This document shows, one piece after another, positions 28,476-37,870 of a stretch of 64,000 bases of DNA. How positions within the stretch are numbered: position 1 is the first letter of the stretch; the number at the start of each line of letters is the position of its first letter. The DNA is from an uncultured bacterium. Its GTDB lineage: Bacteria > Verrucomicrobiota > Kiritimatiellia > CAIKKV01 > CAITUY01. A model generated the notes under the pieces. It was given only the letters and a program-made list of their open reading frames with translations, did no database searches and was not told where the DNA came from. The stretch is taken from positions 2,394 through 66,393 of the forward strand of contig CAJBSZ010000008.1 in the NCBI GenBank assembly GCA_903958395.1, read 5' to 3'. Both the position numbers and the translations under genes were made by a program.

Positions 28476-28916
28476 ATGAAAGGTGAACCGATCGTCATTC
28501 TGCTGGTGGAAGATGATGAGGCCCATGCGGAAATCGCCCGGCGGAATTTTTCGGCCAGTCATCTCGCCAATCGCCTGATCCATGTCGCCGACGGCCAGGC
28601 GGCCCTGGATTATCTGTATCATCGAAATGAATTCAGCAATCCCGAAACCTCGCCGCGCCCTGGCATTGTCCTGCTCGACTTGCGCCTGCCGAAGGTGGAC
28701 GGGATGGACGTGCTGAAACTCATCAAGGCTGACCCCGCGCTGGGCAGTATTCCGGTGGTGATTCTGACCACGTCCAAGGCTGAGGCGGACATGGTCAAGG
28801 CCTACGACAACCATGCCAACAGTTACCTGGTCAAGCCGGTGGACTTCGCTCAGTTCACCGAACTCATGGAAACCTTCGGGTATTACTGGCTCGCCTGGAA
28901 TCAATATCCGCATTAA
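28476..28916 (+). CDS. Stand-alone response-regulator receiver protein
   Basis: ILLVEDDEAHAEI...VLLDLRLPKVDGMDVLKLIKAD...VVILTTS...SYLVKP. RBS aagggag 7 nt before the ATG at 28476. Confidence 0.8.
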   Translation: MKGEPIVILLVEDDEAHAEIARRNFSASHLANRLIHVADGQAALDYLYHRNEFSNPETSPRPGIVLLDLRLPKVDGMDVLKLIKADPALGSIPVVILTTSKAEADMVKAYDNHANSYLVKPVDFAQFTELMETFGYYWLAWNQYPH

Positions 28917-28926
28917 CCGGACGACT

Positions 28927-30480
28927 ATGACCCAACACGGCTTACACCTTCTGGTTGTGGATGATGAGGAGGCCCATATTGAGGCCATTCGTCGTGCTTT
29001 TGAGGCGGCCAGCGGCGGGGTTGATATTCGGGCGGTTTCAACATTGCGCGAATACCGCAGAACGATTGAGGCTTCCGCGCCGGACATCGTGCTGATGGAT
29101 TTGAATCTGCCCGACGGCCGTGCCGTGGAGGTTCTGACGCATCCGGTGGAAGAAGCGGCGTTTCCTGTTTTGGTCATGACCGCGTTTGGGAACCAGCAGA
29201 TTGTAGTCGAGGTGATGAAGGCAGGCGCGCTGGATTATGTGGTCAAGTCGCCTGAGGCTTTTTCCATGCTGCCCCGGATCGTGGACAGCGCGCTCCGGGA
29301 GTGGGCCCTGTTGCGGGATCGCAAACAGCTTGAGCAGAAATTACTTCAGGCTCAGAAGATGGAGGCCGTCGGCCGGCTGGCCGGGGGCGTGGCCCACGAT
29401 TTCAATAATATCCTGTCCATCGTTGTGATGAATGTCGCCGAGTTGAGCCAGTGTAAGAATCTTACCCCGGCGCAGGCGGATGAGGTGAATGATATTGCCC
29501 TTGCGGCAGAGCGCGGGAGCAGTCTCACGAGCCAGTTGCTGGCCTTCAGTCGCACGCAGGTCATACAGATGGGCGCTCTGGATCTTAACGAGATGCTGGC
29601 CGGTATCACCAAGATGCTCCGGCGGCTTATTGGCGAGGATATTGTGTTGAACTCGCGTCCGTTTCCCGGACATGCCGTTGTGTGGGCGGATCGGGGCATG
29701 ATCGAGCAGATTCTGCTGAATTTGGTGATCAATTCCCGCGATGCCATGCCCGAAGGCGGTCGCCTTGATTTGGAGTTGGACTGTGTCATTGTTGACAAGG
29801 CCACGGCTACAGCCCACACCGTCAAGGCAGGCGATTTTGTTTGCCTGACCGTGCGGGACACGGGGTGCGGAATTGCGCCGGAACACCTGCCGCATCTTTT
29901 TGAGCCGTTCTACACCACCAAGGACGTGGGGAAGGGAACCGGTCTGGGGCTTGCCACCGTGTATGGCATCGTGGAGCAGCACCATGGCTGGGTTGAGATC
30001 GAAAGTCAGCCCGGGCAGGGAACGGTCTGTCATGTTTATCTGCCGAAATTGACTGAGGCGAATGAGGCCAAAGCCGCCGTACCAGTCCCTGTGGAATTGT
30101 GCGGGGGGAGCGAAACCATTCTCGTGGTGGAGGACGACTCCTCCCTGCGTACTCTGGCGGTTCGGCTTCTGGAGCAATACGGGTACCGTGTATTCGAAGC
30201 GCCCAATGGGGTGGCGGCTGCCGAGGTATGGCGCCTTCAGGGCAGCGCGATTGACATGCTGTTGACGGATGTGATCATGCCCGGAGGAGTCTCAGGCGGA
30301 AAATTGGCTGAAGAATTACGGGTCGAAAAACCCGGGCTGAAGGTTGTCTTTATGAGCGGCTATCCCGGCGCCGTCGCCAGTCGTGGCATGACCTTTACTC
30401 AAGATATGAGCTTTCTGCAAAAGCCCTTTTCTCCCACCAAACTCATCCAAATTGTCCGGGACTGCCTGGACAAGGCGTAA
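28927..30480 (+). CDS. Hybrid sensor kinase: REC-HisKA-HATPase-REC
   Basis: LLVVDDEEAHIEAIRRAF is REC1. VAHDFNNIL is the H-box. DTGCGIAPEHL...GTGLGLATVYGIV is HATPase. ILVVEDDSSLR...DMLLTDVIMPG is REC2. Confidence 0.8.
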   Translation: MTQHGLHLLVVDDEEAHIEAIRRAFEAASGGVDIRAVSTLREYRRTIEASAPDIVLMDLNLPDGRAVEVLTHPVEEAAFPVLVMTAFGNQQIVVEVMKAGALDYVVKSPEAFSMLPRIVDSALREWALLRDRKQLEQKLLQAQKMEAVGRLAGGVAHDFNNILSIVVMNVAELSQCKNLTPAQADEVNDIALAAERGSSLTSQLLAFSRTQVIQMGALDLNEMLAGITKMLRRLIGEDIVLNSRPFPGHAVVWADRGMIEQILLNLVINSRDAMPEGGRLDLELDCVIVDKATATAHTVKAGDFVCLTVRDTGCGIAPEHLPHLFEPFYTTKDVGKGTGLGLATVYGIVEQHHGWVEIESQPGQGTVCHVYLPKLTEANEAKAAVPVPVELCGGSETILVVEDDSSLRTLAVRLLEQYGYRVFEAPNGVAAAEVWRLQGSAIDMLLTDVIMPGGVSGGKLAEELRVEKPGLKVVFMSGYPGAVASRGMTFTQDMSFLQKPFSPTKLIQIVRDCLDKA

Positions 30481-31509
30481 TCAGTACGCCTGCTTGTTGT
30501 CCAGCACATCCTGATTCGTGACCGGCGCCCGGAAGACCCGATAGACCCAGATTTTATAGGCGATGATGATGGGCAGGAAAATGATGGCCACACCGGTCAT
30601 CACCTTCAGGGTGTACGGACTGGAGGACGAGTTGAATGCGGTGAGGCTGTAGTGGGGGTCCAGGCTGGAGGGGATCAGGTTCGGGAACAACCCGATCACG
30701 CCGGTTGCAACGACCAGCAGGATGGTCAGGGATGACGCCGTGAAGGCGGGAAGCAGTTTCCCTTTAACCAGAAACACCTTGATTCCCAGGAGCGAAAGCA
30801 CGGCAAGCAGCGGAACCGCCAGAAGCCCGGGATGCGCCAGGAAATTGTCGAACAGGTGTGTGGCCGGATACGTGTAGGCGAGGAACACCACGGCCACAAC
30901 CAGCAGGGGAATCCAGACCGCTGAGGCTGCCGACACGCTGCGGTCCTTGACGGCTCCGGTGGTTTTGACGGACAGATATAAGCCGCCATGCACCACAAAT
31001 AGCAGTACGAACAGGAGCCCGGTCACCAGGCCGTAGGGATTCAATACGGACATGAGTGAGCCGTGGTAGCCTGCCGCATCCATGGGAAGTCCCTTGAATA
31101 TATTCCCGAAGGTGACGCCGAACAGGAGCGCGGGCAGAAAACTGCTGACCAGTAGGGCCCGGTCCCAGATAGCTTTCCAGCGCGGATCATCCACCTTGCC
31201 CCGGAATTCGAAAGCCACCCCCCGCACAATCAGCGAGAAAAGCAGGAGAAGCAGAGGGGTGTAGAGATAACTGAACATCAGGGCGTAGGTGGTGGGGAAG
31301 GCGGCAAACGTGACGCCCCCCGCCGTGATCAGCCACACCTCATTGCCATCCCAGACCGGACCCAGGGTGTTGATCACCACCCGCCGTTCGATATCGGACC
31401 GGGCCACGAAGTTCTGAAGCATGCCACTGCCGAGGACGAATCCGTCCAGCGCGAAATACACCGCCCACAAGACGCTCCAGAGTACAAACCAGATGACTTG
31501 CAGTTCCAT
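30481..31509 (-). CDS. cydB: Cytochrome bd ubiquinol oxidase subunit II
   Basis: MELQVIWFVLWSVLWAVYFALDGFVLGSGML...LGPVWDGNEVWLITAGG. Confidence 0.9.
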   Translation of the reverse strand: MELQVIWFVLWSVLWAVYFALDGFVLGSGMLQNFVARSDIERRVVINTLGPVWDGNEVWLITAGGVTFAAFPTTYALMFSYLYTPLLLLLFSLIVRGVAFEFRGKVDDPRWKAIWDRALLVSSFLPALLFGVTFGNIFKGLPMDAAGYHGSLMSVLNPYGLVTGLLFVLLFVVHGGLYLSVKTTGAVKDRSVSAASAVWIPLLVVAVVFLAYTYPATHLFDNFLAHPGLLAVPLLAVLSLLGIKVFLVKGKLLPAFTASSLTILLVVATGVIGLFPNLIPSSLDPHYSLTAFNSSSSPYTLKVMTGVAIIFLPIIIAYKIWVYRVFRAPVTNQDVLDNKQAY

Positions 31510-31510
31510 A

Positions 31511-32860
31511 TTACACCCTCCGTTTCATGGGGTTAATCAGACTGGACACGTCGCTGTCCGGCCCCTTGCGGGCAAATTTCATCAGAAGATAGATATCGAT
31601 GGCGCCCAATAGGCCGTAGAGCAGGACGAACCCCACCAGCGAGCCGATGACCTGTCCGACGGTGATGGACTTTGAAACGCCGTCTGCGGTTTTCATGATA
31701 CCGTAGACGATCCATGGCTGGCGTCCCATTTCCGCCACGATCCAGCCGAACTGGTTGGCCAGGTAGGGCAGGGGGATGGTGAACACCAGTAATTTAAGAA
31801 ACAACGGATACTGCTCCAGGAGGTCGAATCGTGACAGCAGCACGGCCAGAAAGGCCAGTAGTGAGAAAAGCATGCCGAGGCCGATCATGAGCCTGAAGCT
31901 TAGGAAAACCGGCATTACGGGTGGGCGCTCGTCCTTGGGGAAGTCTTTTAAGCCCTTGATTTCGCCATCCAGGGAGTGGGTGGCCAGAAGACTCAGGAGG
32001 CTGGGTAATTTGATGAGCTCAATATAATTCCGCTCGTTGTCCGTATCCGGGAGCTGCAGGAGGCTGATCCCGACATTCTTCTGGGTGTCCCAAAGCGCTT
32101 CCATGGCGGCCAGTTTAGCCGGCTGAGTTTTCCCAACTTCCACGGCAGAGATATCACCGGTAAGGCCGCACAGGATCACGGCAACCAGGCCGAAAAGGGC
32201 AGCCATCTTGAAGGAGGCTTTGAAGAAGGTGGTTTCATTCTTGCGGAGCAGGTGCCAGGCGGAGATGCCGAGGACAAAGAAGGCGGCCACGACATAGGCC
32301 GAACTGATCTGGTGTGCAAACTTGAGCCAGCCATTCGGGTTAAAGGTCACAGCCAGAAAGTCCACCATTTCAGCGCGTCCGTTCCGGAGCACATAGCCGA
32401 CGGGATGCTGCATCCAGCCATTGGCAAGCAGGATCCAGAGTCCTGACAGATTGGTCGCAAAGGCCACCAAACAGATGGACACCGCATGGGCTTTCCGGGA
32501 GATCTTGTTCCAGCCGAAAACCCAGACGCCGATGAAAACCGATTCCAGGAAGAAGGATGACGTGGCTTCAATGGCCAGCGGAGCCCCGAAGATATCGCCG
32601 ACATAGCGGGAATATTCGGCCCAGTTCATGCCAAACTGGAATTCCATCGTGATGCCGGTGACAACGCCCAGGGCGAAATTGATGAGAAACAGCTTGCCCC
32701 AGAACTTGGTCATCCTGAGGTAGAGTTCATTGCCCGTGCGGGCATACTTGACTTCCATGGTCGCTACCAGGACCGATAATCCCAGTGTCAGCGGAACGAA
32801 AATAAAATGAAAGGCACAGGTCAAGGCGAACTGCAACCGGCTCAAAATGACAACATCCAT
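31511..32860 (-). CDS. cydA: Cytochrome bd ubiquinol oxidase subunit I
   Basis: LSRLQFALTCAFHFIFVPLTLGL...FWGKLFLINFALGVVTGITMEFQFGMNW, and a Q-loop region. Confidence 0.9.
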   Translation of the reverse strand: MDVVILSRLQFALTCAFHFIFVPLTLGLSVLVATMEVKYARTGNELYLRMTKFWGKLFLINFALGVVTGITMEFQFGMNWAEYSRYVGDIFGAPLAIEATSSFFLESVFIGVWVFGWNKISRKAHAVSICLVAFATNLSGLWILLANGWMQHPVGYVLRNGRAEMVDFLAVTFNPNGWLKFAHQISSAYVVAAFFVLGISAWHLLRKNETTFFKASFKMAALFGLVAVILCGLTGDISAVEVGKTQPAKLAAMEALWDTQKNVGISLLQLPDTDNERNYIELIKLPSLLSLLATHSLDGEIKGLKDFPKDERPPVMPVFLSFRLMIGLGMLFSLLAFLAVLLSRFDLLEQYPLFLKLLVFTIPLPYLANQFGWIVAEMGRQPWIVYGIMKTADGVSKSITVGQVIGSLVGFVLLYGLLGAIDIYLLMKFARKGPDSDVSSLINPMKRRV

Positions 32861-32870
32861 GGCTATCTCC

Positions 32871-34007
32871 TTATGTTTCCACCACCAACACTTCGCCCTC
32901 CCTGAGGATGACTTGGGACAGGGTAATTCCGAGTTCGGTTTCGTAGCGTTTCACCAGGCGCAGTTCCGCTTCTGTCATCAGGGAAATGGCGTGACCCCGG
33001 GCGCCGGCGCGGGCGGTGCGGCCCACGCGGTGGAGGTAGGCTTTACTCTCGGTGGGGACATCCACATTGAAGATGTGGGTGACGTCCGCGATGTCCAGGC
33101 CCCGGGCGGCGATATCCGAGGCAATCAGGATCCGGGTGTCGCCCTTTCGGAAATCGTCCATGGCCTTTTTCCGCTCACTCTTGTCATAGGCGCCGTGGAG
33201 GTCGGAGGCAGGCAGTTTATGAAAGGCCAGTTTGCCTGCAATCAGTTCGGCTTTTTCGTTCCGGTGGACAAAGACGATGGCCCGCTCCGGATTCAGCGCG
33301 TGAATCAGCTTGCGCAGCAACTCCGGTTTGTCCCGCTCCTCGCACACGAGGTAGTGGTGTTCGATATTGGGGTTCACGGGCGCGGCTCCGGCGCGGATCA
33401 TAATGAGATCCTCGGTCAGGGTGTTGGCGGCCGCCGTCGCTGTGGTGTGCTCGGTGGCGGAAACAAAAATAACCTGGCGGGTCCGGGGCGTGGAATAGAG
33501 GATGTTTCGGACGGAGACCAGCGAGTCATCGGACAGCAGCCGGTCGGCCTCGTCGACCACCACGCTCCGCACGGCCTGGGGCTTGAGTTTTTTCATGATG
33601 ATCAGGTCGCGCACTCGGCCGGGTGAGCCGATGACCAGGTGCGGTTTCTTTTTCAACTTCTCCAGTTGACGGGGAATGGCGGTGCCGCCGATGAGGAGGA
33701 CGGTGCGGATGGGGAGGCCCGAATTCTGAACGAGGGTTCCGGCGACGCGCTGGATCTGGATGGCGAGTTCATGGGTGGGTGCAAGGATCATGGCCTGGAG
33801 TTCGGAAACGGCGGGGTCGATCCGGCAGAAGAGGGGAAGCAGGTAGGCCAGCGTTTTTCCGGTTCCGGTCTCGGAATTCAGATAGGCGTTTTTGCCGGCA
33901 AGCAAGTCCGGCAATGCCGCACTCTGGATGGGCATAGGCTCAGTAATGTTCTCTTTGGCCAAGGCGTCCACCAGCACCGGCAGAATTCCCAATTCGGTAA
34001 AAGTCAT
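32871..34007 (-). CDS. DEAD-box ATP-dependent RNA helicase
   Basis: Q-motif region, Walker A ETGTGKTLAY, VVDEADRLL, SAT and HRVGRTARAG. Confidence 0.85.
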   Translation of the reverse strand: MTFTELGILPVLVDALAKENITEPMPIQSAALPDLLAGKNAYLNSETGTGKTLAYLLPLFCRIDPAVSELQAMILAPTHELAIQIQRVAGTLVQNSGLPIRTVLLIGGTAIPRQLEKLKKKPHLVIGSPGRVRDLIIMKKLKPQAVRSVVVDEADRLLSDDSLVSVRNILYSTPRTRQVIFVSATEHTTATAAANTLTEDLIMIRAGAAPVNPNIEHHYLVCEERDKPELLRKLIHALNPERAIVFVHRNEKAELIAGKLAFHKLPASDLHGAYDKSERKKAMDDFRKGDTRILIASDIAARGLDIADVTHIFNVDVPTESKAYLHRVGRTARAGARGHAISLMTEAELRLVKRYETELGITLSQVILREGEVLVVET

Positions 34008-34076
34008 AATCGATTCCTTTTGAATGGGGGGACTATAGCAGAAGAAGGGATTTTTCCACAGTATTCCCGTAATCGT

Positions 34077-35210
34077 CTATCTGAGCTTCCCGAGTTGGCG
34101 GCGGGCGAAGAGGATATCGACGCGGGCGAGAATGAAATGGGAGACGCGCTCCATGAATTTCTCCCAGAGGGGTCGGGTTCGGGGCCAGGTGGAGCGGTTG
34201 ATGGATTGGCAATGGGCCAGGTGGTCATTGAAAATCTGGTGCGCCTCATCAGCCAGTCGCCGGTCATCAATCCGGACAAGACACTCGTAATTGATGTTCA
34301 GGCTGCGGGTGTCGAGGTTGGCGGAGCCGACATAGACCACATGGTCGGCGATGATCAGCTTGGTGTGCAGGATCTGTGCGTCATACTCGGCAATCCGTAT
34401 TCCCGCCCGGAGCAGCCGGTGATACAGGGCGCGACCGGCGAAGCGTGCCAGTTTGACATCCGTTTTTCCGGCGGTGATGAGGGTGACATCCCGGCCCCGG
34501 CGGGCGGCCCGGATCAGGGCGCGACGGATCGGGCGTGGCGGAAGGAAGTAGGCGGAGATGATCCGGATAGTGCGGGCCTGTTGAAGGTCGTGAAGCAGGG
34601 TGGCCTTGATGGCGCTTCCGTTCTGGCCGGGGCCACTGGTGAGGAGGGAGGGGCAGAGATGTCCCGGCGGGCAGCGCCGGAACGGGGGCCGCCAGGGAAT
34701 CCGGTGGAGACGGCGGTGCTTGAAGTCCGCCATTCTGAACATCCGGTCAAACGATTCGGCCAGGTCGCCGGCCAGGGGACTGGTCAGCTTCAGTCCGAGA
34801 TCGCGCCATCCGCCGGTGATACCATCCCCGAGCTCGTGGCGGGAGATGTTGAATCCGCTGATGATGGCGGAGGTTCCGTCACAAACCAGCAGTTTCCGGT
34901 GATCCCGGAAGGCGATGCGGCCCAGTGTGAGCGGATTGAAGAACCGTACGATTCCCCCTGCGGCGGCGACGGAGTGCCAGTAGTCAGACGGCAATTCCAG
35001 GGAGCCGAAGGCGTCGAGCAGGATCCTGACGGTGACGCCGCGCCGGGCGGCGGCGCACAGGGCGTTCCGGATGGCGTCGCCGGGCTGGCCCGCCGTGTAG
35101 ATGTACATTTCCAGGCGGATGGAGTCCTTGGCCCGACCGATGTCCGCCTCTACGGTGGCGAAGAAATCGTCTCCGGTTGTAAGCCACTGATAGGGTGTTT
35201 TATTACTCAT
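34077..35210 (-). CDS. Phospholipase D-family protein, cardiolipin synthase ClsB-like (two HKD motifs)
   Basis: FRDHRKLLVCDG and ILHTKLIIADHVVYVGSANLDTRS. Confidence 0.75.
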   Translation of the reverse strand: MSNKTPYQWLTTGDDFFATVEADIGRAKDSIRLEMYIYTAGQPGDAIRNALCAAARRGVTVRILLDAFGSLELPSDYWHSVAAAGGIVRFFNPLTLGRIAFRDHRKLLVCDGTSAIISGFNISRHELGDGITGGWRDLGLKLTSPLAGDLAESFDRMFRMADFKHRRLHRIPWRPPFRRCPPGHLCPSLLTSGPGQNGSAIKATLLHDLQQARTIRIISAYFLPPRPIRRALIRAARRGRDVTLITAGKTDVKLARFAGRALYHRLLRAGIRIAEYDAQILHTKLIIADHVVYVGSANLDTRSLNINYECLVRIDDRRLADEAHQIFNDHLAHCQSINRSTWPRTRPLWEKFMERVSHFILARVDILFARRQLGKLR

Positions 35211-35281
35211 GAATGGGGGAGTCTTTTACCATACCGGGGCCTGAGCGCGAAAGAAAAGTTGAAGCGGCGTAAAAAAGGGGT

Positions 35282-35310
35282 TTGAGAATCACGGGCATCT
35301 CCTTTATACT
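35282..35310 (+). promoter_or_regulatory. Candidate sigma70-like promoter TTGAGA-N17-TATACT implying a leaderless or near-leaderless mRNA for the 35319 gene
   Basis: -35 TTGAGA at about 35282-35287. -10 TATACT at about 35305-35310. The ATG at 35319 is only 8 nt downstream of the -10, and there is no SD. Confidence 0.3.
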
Positions 35311-35318
35311 GCCCGGTT

Positions 35319-36734
35319 ATGACTGAATCGCCCCCTGAAACTAAAGAAGCGCTTGTGATTGATTTGAATTTTGTCCCCGTCTGGGCAAGGAAACCGCCGG
35401 AGCACCGGACCTTTGGGGGAGGCGAATCCCGTGCCCCGGACGATGACCGGGGGAGTGATTCCCGGCGGCGGGAACGCCCTCAATATCAGGATCGAAGGGT
35501 TGGGGGTGGCGGTGGGCGGCGGCAGAATATCCGCGACAAACCGCGGGGTGACGCCGGGCAGGCGCCCTTCGTTCGCGAGGTGGTCGAGCCGGTGGACGAA
35601 CGATTGGCGGCGTTGGAAATGTCGTTTCTTCCGGAGCGTCGGGGTCTGGCGCCGCTGGCGAACCGGCTTGCCAAATCGGGCCGGGCGTATTCGCTGTTTG
35701 AGGTGGCGACGCTGTTTCTGAGCAAACCGGACTACTACCTGATCAAAATTGAAGCGCCGGCCGGGCTTGAGAATTTCTCCTTTTTCCAATGCTCCGACTG
35801 CAAGACTGTATTCCTTGACCGGGACGCGGCGGTGAGTCACGCTTTTGCGAAGCATTTTGAAAAGTTCTGCGTGAAGGTTGAGCAGGAGACCGAGCCGCCC
35901 AAGGGCAGTTTTGTGTGTGTGGCCAAGTGCGGGCTTTCAGGCCAGCTGTTGGGGCCGCTGAACTATCACGGGTACAACGACAAGGTGGCGGAAATTCACC
36001 GGACCCGCTATGCGGATATGCCGCTGGAGGCGTACCGGAAGCGGATCGAGACGATTCATGACCCGGCGCTGATTGAGCAGTGGAAAGAGGAGATGCGTAA
36101 GCAGGTGAGTTACCGGTTTGGAACCGGGGACGCCGCGGTTGTCTTCACCCGGTTTTCCGAAGCCGAGGTGTATTTCCGGGAGCATTGCCTGAAGGACGCG
36201 ATTAAAGAGACGCGATCGGTGGTCATGCCGGGAGCGGTTGCCCAAGCCCTTGAGCCGGGGCCGTTGCGCCGGGTGGTCGAGGACGCCTGGGATCGTGAAT
36301 CCCGATTCCCTTTGAGGTTGTCCGTGATTCTGCGGCTTGCCTTCCGGCATTTGGGATTGCATACCTTCAAGGCGGCGGGCGGGCACACGTTTGTGACCTC
36401 CGTGGTTCCCAATGCCATGGATCCCGGGCATGCCGTGGAGGGGATCCGGGAAGTGCTTGACATCATTTCCAGCAAGCCGGGCTGTACGCGTGCGGAACTG
36501 CTCGCCCAGCTTGTTTCTGTTGCCCCGCCGACCGGCGAGGCCGGAATCGAGCCAGCCCCGGAGGCCGGGGCGAAGAAGGAAAGTGAATTGAAGCGGCAGT
36601 TGCAATGGCTGGTTGAAAAGGGGCATGTCATTGAATTTTCAGACGGTCGTATGGCCATTCCGGCCACGGCGATCGCCCGGGTTCAGATGGCACGCACTCC
36701 GGCACACGCTCCGGCGCGAAGCCGGCGAGGATAA
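35319..36734 (+). CDS. Hypothetical protein with RG/RGG-rich N-terminal region and C2H2-like zinc-finger motif
   Basis: The N-terminal 80 aa are rich in R/G/D (RRRERPQYQDRRVGGGGGRRQNIRDKPRGD). FQCSDCKTVFLDRDAAVSHAFAKHF fits C-x2-C-x12-H-x4-H. A second CVAKC...H...H stretch follows. No family recognised. Confidence 0.5.
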   Translation: MTESPPETKEALVIDLNFVPVWARKPPEHRTFGGGESRAPDDDRGSDSRRRERPQYQDRRVGGGGGRRQNIRDKPRGDAGQAPFVREVVEPVDERLAALEMSFLPERRGLAPLANRLAKSGRAYSLFEVATLFLSKPDYYLIKIEAPAGLENFSFFQCSDCKTVFLDRDAAVSHAFAKHFEKFCVKVEQETEPPKGSFVCVAKCGLSGQLLGPLNYHGYNDKVAEIHRTRYADMPLEAYRKRIETIHDPALIEQWKEEMRKQVSYRFGTGDAAVVFTRFSEAEVYFREHCLKDAIKETRSVVMPGAVAQALEPGPLRRVVEDAWDRESRFPLRLSVILRLAFRHLGLHTFKAAGGHTFVTSVVPNAMDPGHAVEGIREVLDIISSKPGCTRAELLAQLVSVAPPTGEAGIEPAPEAGAKKESELKRQLQWLVEKGHVIEFSDGRMAIPATAIARVQMARTPAHAPARSRRG

Positions 36735-36756
36735 GCAAGCGAGGAAGGAAAGCGTC

Positions 36757-37242
36757 ATGAAGACAATGATTCTGGCAGGGTTGGGAATTCTGGTTTCGGT
36801 GGGATCTTCATTTTCGGCTCCCGTTGGGAGTGGAAGCGTTTCGCCGGAATTTCAGGCGCTCTATCAAAAGGCGTTGCTGACGGGCGGAACGAATGAGGTG
36901 ATCCGGAAACAGCTGGACGCCGCCATTGGGCGGGGAACCAGCGAGATGATCGGCCCCCTTTATTTGATGCGGGGAAATCTGGCGTTGAAAGCGGGGGATG
37001 AGGAGGCGGCCCTCTCGGATTTTCTGAAAGTGACGACCTTATTTCAAAAGAACAAGGCGATTCAGCCGGAAGCGTTGTATCAAGCGGCAGCGCTTTTGGA
37101 TGCCGCGCGGGATCCGCGTGGAGCAGACCTGCGAAAGAGCCTGATTCGGGATTACCCGGGAAATGAATTTGCCTTGAAAGCGGCAGCGGCCCCTAAATTG
37201 AGCGGTACGCCAGCCAGTTCTGTGCCTGCGAAAAAGCCCTGA
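36757..37242 (+). CDS. Secreted TPR-like protein
   Basis: RBS aggaagg. Signal peptide MKTMILAGLGILVSVGSSFSAP. Helical repeat content (LYLMRGNLALKAGDEEAALSDF). Confidence 0.5.
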   Translation: MKTMILAGLGILVSVGSSFSAPVGSGSVSPEFQALYQKALLTGGTNEVIRKQLDAAIGRGTSEMIGPLYLMRGNLALKAGDEEAALSDFLKVTTLFQKNKAIQPEALYQAAALLDAARDPRGADLRKSLIRDYPGNEFALKAAAAPKLSGTPASSVPAKKP

Positions 37243-37246
37243 AGTC

Positions 37247-37870
37247 TTACCGTTTGTCCTGGGCCAGCCGTTTCATGAGGGCCTTGTAGTCGGGCGGGGG
37301 CGAAACCACATCATCCGCGGTTCCCGCTTGTCCGTCCGGACCCATGGAGGAAAGCTGAACGGTGTCCTCAAGGGCGGAATAGAGAAAGGGATGTCCCCAG
37401 AGGTCGGGAGGCAGGCTTTCCAGATAGTTACCCTTCCAGCCTTTTACGCCTGGATTCCGAACCAGGGCTTTTAAGCTTTCCTCCGTGGTAGGGTACCGGT
37501 TGCAATGAGTTCGGAACCATTCCAGGGCGGTGCGAATCACCACCAGTTCCCGCTGGGTTTGGGCGCTCCGGGTCGGGGGCCGGTAGGGAACGACCGTTTC
37601 AATCCTGGTGCATAACAGAAAGGTCACCACGAGAACACAGCCACCCAGAACCCAGATCAGGAAACGGGGCCGACTCAGGAATACCATCCAGATTGGCCGC
37701 CTGAATTCCTGTGTTCCGGGGTGTCGTTTGAGAAACGCCTCGCGCCGGGTCTTTTCCGATTTGAGGAGTTTCCATTTTTCCGGATGCCGCAGGCCTTTCC
37801 CGCATGAGGGACAGTGGGGCCCCTCGAATTTTTCGAACAGGATGCTACAGTGTGGGCAACGGTATTTCAT
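37247..37870 (-). CDS. Zinc-ribbon / single-TM / GspG-like pseudopilin-domain membrane protein lacking a prepilin signal
   Basis: N-terminus CPHCSILFEKFEGPHCPSCG. TM helix IWMVFLSRPRFLIWVLGGCVLVVTFLL. C-terminal YPTTEESLKALVRNP...NYLESLPPDLWGHPFLY...MGPDGQAGTADDV resembles the GspG core YPTTEQGLQALV...LPKDPWGNDY...LGADGKEGGEG. Confidence 0.6.
   Translation of the reverse strand: MKYRCPHCSILFEKFEGPHCPSCGKGLRHPEKWKLLKSEKTRREAFLKRHPGTQEFRRPIWMVFLSRPRFLIWVLGGCVLVVTFLLCTRIETVVPYRPPTRSAQTQRELVVIRTALEWFRTHCNRYPTTEESLKALVRNPGVKGWKGNYLESLPPDLWGHPFLYSALEDTVQLSSMGPDGQAGTADDVVSPPPDYKALMKRLAQDKR

Noticed and set aside
32871-35210. Adjacent DEAD-box helicase and PLD-family genes considered as a possible helicase-nuclease defence pair
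   Set aside because: The helicase is a compact DeaD/RhlE-type RNA helicase. The PLD protein has classic dual-HKD cardiolipin-synthase layout. No other defence hallmarks are nearby.
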